This document shows, piece after piece, positions 10,300-21,369 of a stretch of 64,000 nucleotides of DNA; position 1 is the stretch's first letter, and each line of letters opens with the position of its first letter. Made by a program: the position numbers and the translations under genes. Below the pieces are notes generated by a model. It did not search any database. It had not been told where the DNA came from and saw nothing but the letters and a program-made list of their open reading frames with translations. This stretch comes from an uncultured Candidatus Rokubacteria bacterium (lineage in GTDB: Bacteria; Methylomirabilota; Methylomirabilia; Rokubacteriales; CSP1-6), in contig CAVYTA010000006.1 in assembly GCA_963771355.1 (NCBI GenBank), positions 576,001-640,000 of the forward strand, in the 5' to 3' direction.

Positions 10300-11595
10300 A
10301 TGCAGGGTGTGACGAGGCGGGACTTCCTCAGGACGGCGGCGGTGGTCGGGGCGGGCACGGCGGCGGGCATCGGCTTTCCGTCGGTTCTCCGGGCCCAGGG
10401 TGGAACGGTGAAGGTGGGCGTGCTGCACTCGCTCTCCGGCACCATGGCCATCAGCGAGGTGTCGCTCCGCGACGTCTGCATGATGGCGTTCGACGAGATC
10501 AACGCCAAGGGCGGGGTCATGGGCAAGAAGATCGAGCCGGTGGTGGTGGACCCCGCCTCGAACTGGGACCTCTTCGCGGAGAAGGCGAAGCAGCTCCTCC
10601 TGCAGGACAAGGTGGCGGTGACCTTCGGCTGCTGGACCTCGGTGAGCCGCAAGTCGGTGCTGCCGGTGTTCGAGAACAACAACGGCCTGCTCTTCTATCC
10701 TGTGCAGTACGAGGGCGAGGAGTGCTCGAAGAACGTCTTCTACACGGGCGCCACGCCGAACCAGCAGCTGATCCCGGCGGCGGAGTACCTGATGTCGAAG
10801 GAGGGCGGGGGTTACAAGAAGTTCTACCTGCTCGGCACCGATTACGTCTTCCCGCGCACCGCCAACAAGATCCTGCGCGCGTTCCTGCTCGCCAAGGGCA
10901 TTCCCGCGGACTCCATCGCGGAGGAGTACACGCCGTTCAATCACCAGGACTATCAGACGATTGTCGGCAAGATCAAGCGCTTCGCCTCCGGCGGGAACGC
11001 CGCCGTGCTCTCCACCATCAACGGCGACTCCAACGTGCCCTTCTACAAGGAGTTCTCGAACCAGGGCCTGCGCTCCGAGAACGCGCCCATCATGGCCTTC
11101 AGCGTGGCCGAGGACGAGCTGCGGGGCATGGACACCTCGGCGCTGGTCGGCCACCTCGCCGCCTGGAACTACTACCAGTCCGTTTCCACGCCCCAGAACA
11201 AGACCTTCGTCAACAGCTTCAAGGCCTACGCCAAGAAGGCCAATCTGCCCGGCGGCGACAAGCGCGTCACCGACGATCCGATGGAAGCGGCCTATTTCGG
11301 CGTCTATATCTGGAAGCAGGCGGTGGAGAAGGCCAAGTCCTTCGAGGTGGACGCCGTCCGCAAGGCGGTGTACGGCCAGGAGTTCCTCGCGCCCGGCGGC
11401 AAGATCAAGATGGACGAGGCCAACCACCACACCTACAAGCCGGTGCTCATCGGCGAGATCCTCAAGGACGGCCAGTTCAAGGTGGTCTCCCGCTCCAGGG
11501 GCCTGGTGAAGGCCGAGCCGTGGAGCATGTACACGAGCCCCGACAAGGGGTGCGACTGGGTGAAGGAGAAGGGCACGTACACCAAGAAGGCCTGA
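10300..11595 (+). CDS. urtA: Urea ABC transporter substrate-binding protein (Tat signal)
   Basis: TRRDFL Tat motif, VGVLHSLSGTMAISE, FGCWTSVSRKSVLP, FYPVQYEGEE, GTDYVFPRTANK. Confidence 0.95.
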   Translation: MQGVTRRDFLRTAAVVGAGTAAGIGFPSVLRAQGGTVKVGVLHSLSGTMAISEVSLRDVCMMAFDEINAKGGVMGKKIEPVVVDPASNWDLFAEKAKQLLLQDKVAVTFGCWTSVSRKSVLPVFENNNGLLFYPVQYEGEECSKNVFYTGATPNQQLIPAAEYLMSKEGGGYKKFYLLGTDYVFPRTANKILRAFLLAKGIPADSIAEEYTPFNHQDYQTIVGKIKRFASGGNAAVLSTINGDSNVPFYKEFSNQGLRSENAPIMAFSVAEDELRGMDTSALVGHLAAWNYYQSVSTPQNKTFVNSFKAYAKKANLPGGDKRVTDDPMEAAYFGVYIWKQAVEKAKSFEVDAVRKAVYGQEFLAPGGKIKMDEANHHTYKPVLIGEILKDGQFKVVSRSRGLVKAEPWSMYTSPDKGCDWVKEKGTYTKKA

Positions 11596-11612
11596 GCCAC
11601 GGATCCACGCCT

Positions 11613-13304
11613 GTGGTGAAGCACATCCTGCTGGTGCTCATGCTGCTGTCGGGGCTCGCCGCCCCGGCAGCGGCGCAGGGCCCGGCATCGGTCGCGCCGC
11701 CTCCCGAGATCGCGAAGGCCATCGCCGAGGTCGCCTCGGGCGACGGCGCGGTCCAGGAGGCGGCGGCGGTGGCGCTCGGCAAGACCCGCGACCGCAAGAT
11801 CCTCCCCCTCCTCGAGGCGCTGCGCGAAGGCAGCGTCATGGTCCGATCTCTGCCGGGCGGGAAAAAAGAGACCGTCATCGTCGGAGACAAGGTGAGCGAG
11901 GGCGACAAGACCCTCGTGCCGCTGTTCACCGCCTACGGGAAGGAGCCGATCCTCGCGCCCGGCGGCAAGCCGTTGTTGATGGAGCTCTCGACGCTGGAGG
12001 AAGTCGCCACCGGACGCAGCCTGCGGCTGGCGATCCGTCCGCTCATCGACGCCTTCTCCGGTAATACCCAGCTCGCGGACGCGGACTGGACCGTGCGCAA
12101 GTCGGCCGCCACCAAGATGGGCAACTCGGGCGATCCCTCGGCACTGCCGGCGCTCAGCGAGGCGCTGGCCAAGGAGAAGGACCGCTGGGTGCGCTACGAG
12201 CTCGAGCAGGCTGTCGCGCTGATCCGGCTCAAGGCGGGGTCCGACGCGGAGCGCACGGCGGCGGCGACGGCGCTGGGGGATCTCGGCAGCGCCGATGCCC
12301 TGGACCGGCTGCGGGACGTCGCCGCGGACGGGGCGGCGCCCGCCGCGCTCCGGCAGGCGGCGGCGGCGTCCATGAAGCGGGTGGAGCGCTGGGCGCTGCT
12401 GACCTCGACCATCCAGACAGGCTTCCAGGGCCTGTCCCTGGGCTCCATTCTGCTGCTGATGGCGCTGGGCCTGGCCATCGTGTTCGGGCTCATGGGCGTC
12501 ATCAACATGGCGCACGGTGAGCTCATGGCCCTGGGCGCCTATGCCACCTTCGTGACCCAGGGCCTGTTCCAGCTGCATGCCCCGGGAGCCTTCGACTACT
12601 ACTTCCTGGTGGCGCTCCCGCTGTCCTTCCTGGTGTCGGCCGCCGCCGGCCTCGCGCTGGAGCGCGGGGTCATCCGCTTCCTCTACGGCCGGCCGCTGGA
12701 GACCCTGCTCCTCACCTGGGGCGTGAGCCTCATGATCCAGCAGGGGCTCCGGCTCTGGTTCGGCGCCGCCAACGTGGACGTCATCTCACCCCGGTGGCTA
12801 TCGGGCGGGATCCCGGTGATGATCGGCGTGCAGCTGCCCTACAACCGCCTCTTCATCATCGGCCTCGCGGCGGTGGCGGTGGCGGCCATGTACGTGCTCC
12901 TCTTCTGGACCAGCGCGGGCCTGCGCATCCGCGCCGTCACCCAGAATCGCGGGATGGCAGCCTGCCTCGGCGTCCGCTCGCGGCGCGTGGACGCGCTTAC
13001 CTTCGCGATGGGGGCAGGGCTGGCCGGCATCGCCGGCTGCGCGCTCACCCAGATCGGCAACGTGGGCCCCGAGCTTGGCCAGAACTACATCGTGGATTCC
13101 TTCATGGTGGTGGTGACGGGCGGAGTCGGGAAGCTCGCCGGCACCATCTTCGCCGCCGCGGGCATCGGCGGGCTCAACAAGATCATCGAGCCGGGGCTGG
13201 GGGCGGTGTTCGGCAAGGTGGCCATCCTCGTCGCCGTCATCCTCTTCATCCAGCGGCGCCCGTCCGGGCTCTTCGCGGCGAAGGGGCGCTATGCGGACTC
13301 GTGA
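11613..13304 (+). CDS. urtB: Urea ABC transporter permease with N-terminal HEAT-like helical domain
   Basis: GLSLGSILLLMALGLAIVFGLMGVINMAHGE, FLYGRPLETLLLTWG, GQNYIVDSFMVVV; true start near GTG 11613 (ORF track extends it upstream as a shadow of urtA). Confidence 0.92.
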   Translation: MVKHILLVLMLLSGLAAPAAAQGPASVAPPPEIAKAIAEVASGDGAVQEAAAVALGKTRDRKILPLLEALREGSVMVRSLPGGKKETVIVGDKVSEGDKTLVPLFTAYGKEPILAPGGKPLLMELSTLEEVATGRSLRLAIRPLIDAFSGNTQLADADWTVRKSAATKMGNSGDPSALPALSEALAKEKDRWVRYELEQAVALIRLKAGSDAERTAAATALGDLGSADALDRLRDVAADGAAPAALRQAAAASMKRVERWALLTSTIQTGFQGLSLGSILLLMALGLAIVFGLMGVINMAHGELMALGAYATFVTQGLFQLHAPGAFDYYFLVALPLSFLVSAAAGLALERGVIRFLYGRPLETLLLTWGVSLMIQQGLRLWFGAANVDVISPRWLSGGIPVMIGVQLPYNRLFIIGLAAVAVAAMYVLLFWTSAGLRIRAVTQNRGMAACLGVRSRRVDALTFAMGAGLAGIAGCALTQIGNVGPELGQNYIVDSFMVVVTGGVGKLAGTIFAAAGIGGLNKIIEPGLGAVFGKVAILVAVILFIQRRPSGLFAAKGRYADS

Positions 13305-14442
13305 GCGCTGGCTGTACCTGTCGGCGGCGCTCCTGGTGGTGGTGGCGCTGCCCGTGCTCAACATGCTTCCCAAGGGCTCACCGCTCCACGTCTCCGACTT
13401 CACCCTGAACCTGTTCGGCAAGTTCGTCACCTACGCCATTCTCGCCCTCGGGATCGACCTCATCTGGGGCTATGCCGGCGTGCTGTCACTGGGCCACGGC
13501 GTCTTCTTCGGCCTGGGCGCCTACGCCATGGGCATGCACCTCATGCTGGAGATCGGCACCCAGAGCGTGTACCGGAACGTGCTCCCGGACTTCATGGTCT
13601 GGAACCGCGTCATCGAGCTGCCGCTGTTCTGGAAGCCGTTCTACAGCGTGCCCTTCACCCTCCTGGCGGTGGTGGCGGTGCCCGGCCTGGTGGCGCTCCT
13701 ATTCGGCTTTCTGACCTTCCGGAGCCGCATCCGGGGCGTCTACTTCTCCATCATCACTCAGGCCCTGGCCCTCTGCGCGTGGCTGACCTTCAACCGCAAC
13801 GCCATGAATCTCGGGGGCACCAACGGGCTCTCGGGGTTCAAGACGATATTCGGCTTCTCCCTCAATGACCCCGGCACCCAGCGCGGCCTCTACGTGGCGA
13901 GCGCGCTCTGCCTCTGCGCGGCGTTCCTGCTCTGTCGCTGGATCGTCCGCTCGCCGGCAGGCAAGGTGCTGGTGGCCATCCGGGACAGCGAGACGCGCGT
14001 GCTCTTCTGCGGGTACTCGCCCGCCGCCTTCAAGGTCTTCGTCTTCACCGTCTCGGCGGTCCTGGCCGGCGTGGCGGGCGCGCTCTACGTGGGCCAGGTG
14101 GGCATCATCACTCCGGCGCGTATCGGCGTCCTGCCCTCGATCGAGATGATCATCTGGGTGGCGGTGGGGGGCCGGGGAACGCTGCTGGGCCCCGTGGTGG
14201 GCGCGGTGGGCGTGAACTGGCTGCAGAGCCTGCTCACCACGCACTACCCGGATCTCTGGCTGCTCGTCCTGGGCGGGATGTTCGTGACGGTGGTGCTTTT
14301 CTTCCCCGACGGCGTGGTGGGGACGATTCAGAAGCTCGCGGCGCGGTTCCGGAGGGTCGGCGGCGAGCCGGAAGGGGCGAGGAGGGAGCGGGCGCCCCTG
14401 CTGGCCCAGTCTCCGCCACCGGCGAGGAAGCCTCAGTCATGA
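13291..14442 (+). CDS. urtC: Urea ABC transporter permease
   Basis: DLIWGYAGVLSLGHGVFF, RSRIRGVYFSIITQAL, GGTNG, WVAVGGRGTL. Confidence 0.93.
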   Translation: MRTRERWLYLSAALLVVVALPVLNMLPKGSPLHVSDFTLNLFGKFVTYAILALGIDLIWGYAGVLSLGHGVFFGLGAYAMGMHLMLEIGTQSVYRNVLPDFMVWNRVIELPLFWKPFYSVPFTLLAVVAVPGLVALLFGFLTFRSRIRGVYFSIITQALALCAWLTFNRNAMNLGGTNGLSGFKTIFGFSLNDPGTQRGLYVASALCLCAAFLLCRWIVRSPAGKVLVAIRDSETRVLFCGYSPAAFKVFVFTVSAVLAGVAGALYVGQVGIITPARIGVLPSIEMIIWVAVGGRGTLLGPVVGAVGVNWLQSLLTTHYPDLWLLVLGGMFVTVVLFFPDGVVGTIQKLAARFRRVGGEPEGARRERAPLLAQSPPPARKPQS

Positions 14443-15221
14443 CCGTCAACGCCGCGGCGCAAGGGTCGATCATCTACCTGGAGGACGTCACCGTCGAGTA
14501 CGACGGCTTCAAGGCGCTCAACGCGCTGAACTTCTTCATGGACTACAAGGAGCTCCGCGTGGTGATCGGGCCCAACGGAGCGGGGAAGACCACGCTCCTG
14601 GACGTGATCACGGGCAAGGTCCAACCCTCGGCGGGCCGGGTGATATTCGGAAAGAGGACCGAGCTCACGGGGCGGCGCGAGAACGAGATCGCTGGGCTCG
14701 GGGTGGGACGCAAGTTCCAGACGCCGTCCATCTTCGCCAACCTCACGGTGCGAGAGAACCTGGAGCTCGCGCTGGGACGCAAGAGCCGCGGCGTGCTGGC
14801 CACCCTCCGAGCGCGGCTCGACGGCGACCAGCGCGCGCGAGTGGACACCGCCCTCGAAAGCATCGGCCTCGCCGCGGAGGCCGAGACCCGCGCGGGCGGC
14901 CTGTCGCACGGGCAGAAGCAGTGGCTCGAGATCGGCATGGTCATGGTCCAGGATGCGGAGCTGCTCCTTGTGGACGAGCCGGTGGCGGGCATGACCGATG
15001 AAGAGACGGAGAAAACCGGTCTCTTGCTGGAGTCGGTGTCCCGGGAGCGCGCGGTGCTCGTCATCGAGCACGACATGGAGTTCGTCCGCCGCATCGCGCG
15101 CACGGTGACCGTGCTGCACGAGGGCAGCGTGCTCTGCGAGGGCCCGGTGGACCAGGTCCAGCAGGACGAGCGAGTGCTGGAGGTCTACCTGGGGCGGAGC
15201 CGGGACGCCTCGCATGCTTGA
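14439..15221 (+). CDS. urtD: Urea ABC transporter ATP-binding protein
   Basis: GPNGAGKTT, GRKFQTP, LSHGQKQWLEIGM, DEPVAGMT. Confidence 0.93.
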   Translation: MTVNAAAQGSIIYLEDVTVEYDGFKALNALNFFMDYKELRVVIGPNGAGKTTLLDVITGKVQPSAGRVIFGKRTELTGRRENEIAGLGVGRKFQTPSIFANLTVRENLELALGRKSRGVLATLRARLDGDQRARVDTALESIGLAAEAETRAGGLSHGQKQWLEIGMVMVQDAELLLVDEPVAGMTDEETEKTGLLLESVSRERAVLVIEHDMEFVRRIARTVTVLHEGSVLCEGPVDQVQQDERVLEVYLGRSRDASHA

Positions 15222-15912
15222 CATCCAGGGGCTCGACGTCGCCTACGGCGAGAGCCAGGTGCTCTGGGACGTCTCCCTCACCGTGCCGGCGGGCGGCGTG
15301 GTCTGCCTCATGGGCCGAAACGGGGTGGGAAAGACCACCTTGCTCAAGACCATCATGGGTCTCCTGCGTCCCCGGTCCGGGCGCATCGTCTTCGACGGGA
15401 TCGACTTGGCCGGCCGGAGGTCCGAGGAGCGGTCCGCGTGTGGGATCGGGTATGTGCCTCAGGGCCGCGAGATCTTCCCCAACCTCACCGTGGCCGAGAA
15501 CCTGCGGGTGGGGGCGATGGGGCGGAGCCGGGGACAGGCCGCCGGCGACGACCTGGATGAGATCTTCGCGCTTTTCCCCAAGCTCAAGCAGCTGCTGGGG
15601 CGCAAGGGCGGCGTGCTTTCGGGCGGCGAGCAGCAGCAGCTCGCCATCGGCCGCGTGCTCCTGGCCCGGCCCAAGCTCCTCCTCATGGACGAGCCCACCG
15701 AGGGAATACAGCCGAATGTGATCCTCCAGATCGAGGACGCCATCGAGCGCATCAAGCAGCGCGGCATCGCGGTGCTCCTCGTCGAGCAGTACCTGGAGTT
15801 CGCGTGGCGCCTCGCCGGCTCCTATGCCATCATGCGCAAGGGCGCCATCGTGGCCCAGGGCGGTACCGCCGACCTGCGCACCGACGTGGTCCGCCAGCAT
15901 CTGACCGTCTAG
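15214..15912 (+). CDS. urtE: Urea ABC transporter ATP-binding protein
   Basis: [41 protein letters not shown]. Confidence 0.93.
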   Translation: MLDIQGLDVAYGESQVLWDVSLTVPAGGVVCLMGRNGVGKTTLLKTIMGLLRPRSGRIVFDGIDLAGRRSEERSACGIGYVPQGREIFPNLTVAENLRVGAMGRSRGQAAGDDLDEIFALFPKLKQLLGRKGGVLSGGEQQQLAIGRVLLARPKLLLMDEPTEGIQPNVILQIEDAIERIKQRGIAVLLVEQYLEFAWRLAGSYAIMRKGAIVAQGGTADLRTDVVRQHLTV

Positions 15913-15956
15913 CCCGAGCATCCGAGAGGATCGATGACGCTCCGCCGGCCGATCCC

Positions 15957-16259
15957 GTGCATCTGACTCCCCGCGAGCAGGACAAGCTCCTCATCTTCGT
16001 CGCCGCCGAGGTGGCGCGCCGGCGTCGCGGGCGCGGGCTCAAGCTGAACCATCCCGAAGCGATGGCGCTGATCACCGCCGAGATCCTGGAAGGGATACGC
16101 GACGGCCGCTCCGTCTCCGACCTGATGTCGTTCGGGACCACCATCCTCGCCCGCGGTGACGTGATGGAGGGCGTGCCCGAGATGCTCGACGAGGTCCAGG
16201 TCGAGGGGACCTTCCCCGACGGAACCAAGCTGGTCACCGTGCACCACCCCATCCGATGA
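15957..16259 (+). CDS. ureA: Urease gamma subunit
   Basis: [42 protein letters not shown] start at 15957. Confidence 0.96.
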   Translation: MHLTPREQDKLLIFVAAEVARRRRGRGLKLNHPEAMALITAEILEGIRDGRSVSDLMSFGTTILARGDVMEGVPEMLDEVQVEGTFPDGTKLVTVHHPIR

Positions 16260-16338
16260 GTGGGCACGGGCTCGTGCATTTACCATCAGCGGGGGCCCAG
16301 AAATGGCCCCCGCTCTCCCCCAGACGGCGGACAACGCT

Positions 16339-16737
16339 ATGGCGGACATTGCGATGATTCCTGGTGAGTATCTTCTCGGAGAGGGCGACATCGACGCCAA
16401 TGTGGGGCGGAAGACGGTTCAGGTGACGGTGGCGAATACGGGGGATCGGCCCATCCAGGTGGGCTCGCACTTCCACTTCTTCGAGGCCAATCGCGAGCTG
16501 CGGTTCGACCGCGCGCGGGCCTTCGGGATGCGGCTCAATATCCCCGCCGGCACCGCGGTGCGATTCGAGCCGGGCGACGAGAAGGCGGTGACCCTCGTCG
16601 AGCTGGCCGGCGCGCGGGAAGTGCACGGCCTCAACGGACTCACCAACGGGCCCGCCGGTGACGGCACCCGGGCCGCCGCCCTCGAGCGGGCGGCGCGGGA
16701 AGGCTTCAAGGGAGCGGGGCCGGGAGCGGCCGGATGA
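16339..16737 (+). CDS. ureB: Urease beta subunit
   Basis: [42 protein letters not shown]; start 16339 or 16354. Confidence 0.96.
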   Translation: MADIAMIPGEYLLGEGDIDANVGRKTVQVTVANTGDRPIQVGSHFHFFEANRELRFDRARAFGMRLNIPAGTAVRFEPGDEKAVTLVELAGAREVHGLNGLTNGPAGDGTRAAALERAAREGFKGAGPGAAG

Positions 16738-18449
16738 CCCTCCGCATCCCGCGCCGGCAGTACGCGGACCTGTTCGGTCCCACCGTGGGGGACCGGGTGC
16801 GCCTGGCCGATACCGAGCTCCTCATCGAGGTGGAGCGCGACTTCACCGTATACGGCGACGAGGTGAAGTTCGGCGGCGGCAAGGTGATCCGCGACGGTAT
16901 GGGGCAGTCGGCCCGGGCGGTGGCCGCCGATGGCGTCCTGGATCTCGTGATCACCAATGCGCTGATTCTCGACCACTGGGGCATCGTGAAGGCCGATATC
17001 GGCGTGCGCGGCGGCCGTATCGTGGGGGTGGGCAAGGCGGGAAACCCCGACATCATGGCGGGAGTGACCGCGGGCATGGTGATCGGCGCCTCCACCGAGG
17101 TGATCGCCGGCGAGGGGCGCATCGTCACCGCGGGCGGCATCGACAGCCATATCCACTTCATCTGTCCGCAGCTCGTGGACGAAGCGCTGGCGGCCGGCCT
17201 CACCACCCTCATCGGCGGTGGCACCGGCCCCGCCACCGGTACCAATGCCACCACGTGCGCGTCCGGGGCCTGGAATATCCACCGCATGCTCGAGGCCGCC
17301 GAGGGCCTGCCCATCAATCTGGGCTTTCTCGCCAAGGGCAATGCCTCGCGTCCCGATCCGCTGCGCGAACAGGTGGCGGCGGGCGCCATCGGGCTCAAGC
17401 TGCACGAGGACTGGGGCACCACGCCGGCCGCCATCGACAACTGCCTCTCCGTGGCCGAAGAGACGGATACGCAGGTGGCCATCCACACCGACACGCTGAA
17501 CGAGGCCGGCTTCGTGGAGACGTCCATCCAGGCGTTCAAGGGACGGACCATCCACACCTATCACACCGAGGGGGCGGGCGGCGGGCATGCCCCCGACATC
17601 CTCCGCGTGTGCGGCGAGGTGAACTGTCTCCCGTCCTCCACCAACCCCACCATGCCGTTCACGGTGAACACCATGGACGAGCACCTCGACATGCTCATGG
17701 TGTGCCATCACCTGAACCCCAAGATCCCCGAGGACCTGGCCTTCGCGGAGTCGCGCATCCGCGCCGAGACCATCGCCGCCGAGGACGTTCTCCACGATCT
17801 CGGCGCCATCAGCATGCTCTCGTCCGACTCGCAGGCCATGGGGCGGATCGCGGAAGTGATCATGCGAACCTGGCAGACGGCGGACAAGATGAAGCGCCAG
17901 CGCGGCGCGCTGCCCGGTGACGGTCGCGCCGACAACCAGCGCGCCAAGCGCTACGTGGCGAAATACACCATCAATCCGGCCATCTCGCACGGCATCAGCC
18001 ACGAGGTGGGCTCGATCGAGGCGGGCAAGCTCGCCGACCTCGTGATCTGGAAGCCGGCCTTCTTCGGCGTCAAACCCGAGATGGTGGTCAAGGGCGGCCT
18101 CATCGTGACCGCGGCGATGGGCGATCCCAATGCCTCGATCCCGACGCCGCAGCCGGTGCGCTATCGCCCGATGTTCGCCGCCTATGGCCGCGCCATCGGC
18201 TCCACCTCGCTGACCTTCGTATCGCGCGCGGCGCTGGAGGCGGAGGTGCCGGCGCGCCTCGGGCTCGGCAAGCGGGTGAGCGCGGTACGCGGCTGCCGCG
18301 GCCTCACCAAGGCGGCCATGGTCCACAACAGCTACGTGCCCCGCATGGAAGTCGACGCGGAGACCTACGAGGTGCGGGCCGACGGTCAGCTCCTCACCTG
18401 TGAGCCCGCCTCGGTGCTGCCGATGGCGCAGCGGTACTTCCTCTTCTAG
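16734..18449 (+). CDS. ureC: Urease alpha subunit
   Basis: [61 protein letters not shown]. Confidence 0.98.
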   Translation: MTLRIPRRQYADLFGPTVGDRVRLADTELLIEVERDFTVYGDEVKFGGGKVIRDGMGQSARAVAADGVLDLVITNALILDHWGIVKADIGVRGGRIVGVGKAGNPDIMAGVTAGMVIGASTEVIAGEGRIVTAGGIDSHIHFICPQLVDEALAAGLTTLIGGGTGPATGTNATTCASGAWNIHRMLEAAEGLPINLGFLAKGNASRPDPLREQVAAGAIGLKLHEDWGTTPAAIDNCLSVAEETDTQVAIHTDTLNEAGFVETSIQAFKGRTIHTYHTEGAGGGHAPDILRVCGEVNCLPSSTNPTMPFTVNTMDEHLDMLMVCHHLNPKIPEDLAFAESRIRAETIAAEDVLHDLGAISMLSSDSQAMGRIAEVIMRTWQTADKMKRQRGALPGDGRADNQRAKRYVAKYTINPAISHGISHEVGSIEAGKLADLVIWKPAFFGVKPEMVVKGGLIVTAAMGDPNASIPTPQPVRYRPMFAAYGRAIGSTSLTFVSRAALEAEVPARLGLGKRVSAVRGCRGLTKAAMVHNSYVPRMEVDAETYEVRADGQLLTCEPASVLPMAQRYFLF

Positions 18450-18455
18450 GGCTCC

Positions 18456-18899
18456 ATGCTGGTGATCACCGAATCGCCCCTGCCGGTGGAGCCGGCGGCG
18501 CTGGCCGGCCTCGAGCGCGACACCCTGTCGCTCACGTGGGAAGAGCGGCGCTGGACGCGCAAGCGGGTGCGCAGCACGGCCGGGCGCGAGGTGGCGCTGG
18601 CGCTGCCGACGGGCAGCTTGCTGCGGCCGGGGGATGTGCTCGCGCGCGGGGCGGGCTGGTACCTGGTGGTGGAGGGCCGTCCGGAGCCGGTGCTCGCGGT
18701 ATTCCCGCGGGACCGCGCGGAGGCCATCCGCATCGCCTTCGAGGTGGGCAACCGACACTTCTCGCTCGCCCTCGAGGGCGAGGGCATCCTGGTTCCGGAC
18801 GATACCGCCATGGAGCAGCTCCTCATCCGGCTCGGCGTCGCGTGGAAGCGGCGGGAAGCGATCTATGATCCCCTCGGCGCCGCGCCGCATCCGCACTGA
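18456..18899 (+). CDS. ureE: Urease accessory protein UreE (no long His tail)
   Basis: [31 protein letters not shown]; position after ureC. Confidence 0.85.
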   Translation: MLVITESPLPVEPAALAGLERDTLSLTWEERRWTRKRVRSTAGREVALALPTGSLLRPGDVLARGAGWYLVVEGRPEPVLAVFPRDRAEAIRIAFEVGNRHFSLALEGEGILVPDDTAMEQLLIRLGVAWKRREAIYDPLGAAPHPH

Positions 18900-18905
18900 C
18901 CGCGC

Positions 18906-19598
18906 GTGATGCTCGATCCCGCGCTCCTCCCGCTGCTGCACTTGACGGATACCGCGCTTCCCACCGGCGGCTACGCGCACTCGTTCGGCCTGGAAACCTA
19001 CTGTCAGGACGGCCGGGTCACCGACGCCGAGTCGCTCGGCGACTTTCTCGCCATGCATCTCGAGGGTGCGACGGGTCCCGGCGATGCCACCGCCGCGGTG
19101 GCGGCGCGGCGCCGCTTCCTCGCCGGCGACATCGGCGGCTGCGCGGGGCTCGACGCCACGCTCGAGGCGATGAAACCGGCCCGCGAGCTGCGCGAGGCGA
19201 GCCGGCAGATGGGGCGCCAGACGCTGCGGGTGGCGGGCGCTCTCACCGGACATCCCGCGCTCATCGGCTACCTGGCCGACGTGGACGCCGGGCGCGCCGC
19301 CGGACACCACGGGGTGGCCTTCGGCATGGCGGCGGGCGCGCTGGGCGTGGCGGATGGCTCGGTGGCCGCGGCGTATCTCTACTCGTCCACGTCCCTCCTC
19401 GTGGGCGCCGCGCAGCGGCTCATGCGGCTGGGACAGCTCGAGGGACAGCGGGTGCTCTGGCTCCTACATCCCTTGATCGCGCGGGTGGCGGCGGAGGCCA
19501 CTGCGCGCGACGCCGCGGACATGTGGAGCTGGGCACCCGGGCTCGAGCTGGCGAGCATCCGCCACGCGGGACTCGACGCGAGGCTCTTCCGCTCATGA
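18906..19598 (+). CDS. ureF: Urease accessory protein UreF
   Basis: [34 protein letters not shown]-terminal H...RLFRS. Confidence 0.92.
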   Translation: MMLDPALLPLLHLTDTALPTGGYAHSFGLETYCQDGRVTDAESLGDFLAMHLEGATGPGDATAAVAARRRFLAGDIGGCAGLDATLEAMKPARELREASRQMGRQTLRVAGALTGHPALIGYLADVDAGRAAGHHGVAFGMAAGALGVADGSVAAAYLYSSTSLLVGAAQRLMRLGQLEGQRVLWLLHPLIARVAAEATARDAADMWSWAPGLELASIRHAGLDARLFRS

Positions 19599-20233
19599 GC
19601 GCGGCGCTGGCGGCCAAGACGACGCTCCCGCGCCCGCTCAAGATCGGCATTGGCGGGCCGGTGGGCTCGGGGAAGACCGCGCTGGTGGAGCGGCTCTCGC
19701 GGCTCCTCAAGGAGCGCTACGATCTGGCCGTCATCACCAACGACATCTACACCCAGGAAGACGCGCAGTTCCTCGTCCGGCGCGGCGTCTTGCCCGCCGA
19801 GCGTGTGATCGGCGTGGAGACGGGCGGCTGTCCGCATACCGCCATCCGGGAAGATGCGTCCGTGAATCTCGAGGCGGTGCATCAGCTCCGGGGGCGCTTT
19901 CCCGGCCTCGAGCTGCTTTTCGTGGAGAGCGGCGGCGACAACCTGGCGGCGACCTTCAGTCCCGAGCTGGTGGACGCGACGATCTACGTGATCGACGTGG
20001 CGGAGGGCGACAAGATTCCCCGCAAGGGCGGGCCGGGCATCACGCGCTCGGATCTTCTCGTGATCAACAAGATCGACCTCGCCCCCTACGTGGGCGCGGA
20101 CCTGGCGGTCATGGAGCGCGACGCCAAGCGGATGAGAGGAGGCCGGCCGTTTGTCTTCAGCAATCTCCGTGACGGCGAGGGGGCCCAGGCCATCGCCGAT
20201 TGGATCCGCCGGGAGCTCCTCTTCGAGCCCTGA
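19595..20233 (+). CDS. ureG: Urease accessory GTPase UreG
   Basis: [42 protein letters not shown]. Confidence 0.96.
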   Translation: MSAALAAKTTLPRPLKIGIGGPVGSGKTALVERLSRLLKERYDLAVITNDIYTQEDAQFLVRRGVLPAERVIGVETGGCPHTAIREDASVNLEAVHQLRGRFPGLELLFVESGGDNLAATFSPELVDATIYVIDVAEGDKIPRKGGPGITRSDLLVINKIDLAPYVGADLAVMERDAKRMRGGRPFVFSNLRDGEGAQAIADWIRRELLFEP

Positions 20234-21092
20234 GGCAGCCCGCCGCGTCGGACGCGACGGCCTGATCTCCCTGGGCTTCGAGCGGCGCGGCGGCCGGACC
20301 GTGCTCACCGAGCGTCGCTCCGCGCTCCCGCTCCAGGTGCTGGAGCCCATGGAGCTCGAGCCAGGGGTGGCCGCCCTGATGCTGCTGAATCCCACCGGCG
20401 GCGTGGTCGGCGGCGACCGGCTTCACACCGAGGTACGGCTGGGCGCGCGGAGCCATGCCTGCCTGACCACGCCCTCGGCCACCCGGGTCTACCGCAGCGC
20501 GGGCCCGCCCTCGGTGCTGACCTTCCGCGCGACCCTGGATTCGGGCGCCCGGCTCGAATACGTGCCCGACCATTTGATCCCGTCTCCCGGCGCGCGGGCG
20601 CGCCAGTCCACCGAGCTGGTGCTGGCACCGGGAGCCACGGCCCTCGTGCTCGATGCCTGGTCGGTGGGGCGGCCCGCCCGCGGCGAGCGGTGGGCCTTCG
20701 CCGAGCTGGATCTCGCGCTTGGCGTGTCGGATGCCGACGGTCCCATCCTCCGGGAGCGGGCCTGTCTCGGCGGCCGCCGCTCCTGGGAGGGGCTGGGCGG
20801 CGCGGAGGGTCACGCCTACATCGCGACCTTTGCCGCCGTGGGTGCCGCCGCGCAAACGGATCCGACTGGAGGGGAACCGCAGTGGGAGGCCCTCGCAGCT
20901 GAGCTGACGGCGCGCGCAGCGGAGCTCACCGCCGGAGTGCGCGTCGGCGTCAGCGCTCTGGGTCGCGGCGGCGTGCTCGCGCGGGTCCTGGCGCGCTCCG
21001 CGCCGGCTCTGCTGGAGGCGACCGATGCCCTCTGGGCCGCGAGCCGGCGGCGGCTGTATGGGCTTCCCCCGCTGCCCTTGCGGAAGCTCTAG
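20151..21092 (+). CDS. ureD: Urease accessory protein UreD/UreH
   Basis: [29 protein letters not shown]-terminal LRKL; TTG start with GGAGG 8 nt upstream overlaps ureG; start uncertain. Confidence 0.88.
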   Translation: MSSAISVTARGPRPSPIGSAGSSSSSPEAARRVGRDGLISLGFERRGGRTVLTERRSALPLQVLEPMELEPGVAALMLLNPTGGVVGGDRLHTEVRLGARSHACLTTPSATRVYRSAGPPSVLTFRATLDSGARLEYVPDHLIPSPGARARQSTELVLAPGATALVLDAWSVGRPARGERWAFAELDLALGVSDADGPILRERACLGGRRSWEGLGGAEGHAYIATFAAVGAAAQTDPTGGEPQWEALAAELTARAAELTAGVRVGVSALGRGGVLARVLARSAPALLEATDALWAASRRRLYGLPPLPLRKL

Positions 21093-21168
21093 GGGCCGCG
21101 GGGGTCTCAGGCTCCTGTGATAGCCTGCGCGGAGCCAGCATGACGCCTCATGAAGAAGGAGCAGGCGA

Positions 21169-21369
21169 ATGATCTCGTCCCCGCCGTCCGACGGAGAAGG
21201 GATGATGCGCTACGCGGAGCACGCGGCCGCGGCCATCGGTCTGCCCCTCGACCCCGCGCGGAAGGCGGCGGTGGTGCAGCACCTCGCCGTGATGCTCGCC
21301 GCCACCACGCTGGTGCTCGAGTTTCCGCTGCCGGACGAGGTCGAGGCCGCGCCGGTGTTCGAGCCGTGA
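21169..21369 (+). CDS. AtzG/HpxX-like small amidase partner (DUF4089-like)
   Basis: YAEHAAAAIGLPL...V..HL, EFPLPDEVEAAPVFEP C-terminus; overlaps start of the AtzE-like amidase. Confidence 0.8.
   Translation: MISSPPSDGEGMMRYAEHAAAAIGLPLDPARKAAVVQHLAVMLAATTLVLEFPLPDEVEAAPVFEP

Noticed and set aside
10722..11612. Apparent 860-aa UrtB, and similar extensions on PhoR, PstA, LOG, Mrp and the acyltransferase
   Set aside because: The extensions are open shadow frames of upstream genes or spacers; better starts exist next to the upstream stops
11613..12400. HEAT-like N-terminal domain on UrtB and large periplasmic domains in PstC and PstA as novelties
   Set aside because: Long forms of UrtB, PstC and PstA are already known in many Gram-negative bacteria
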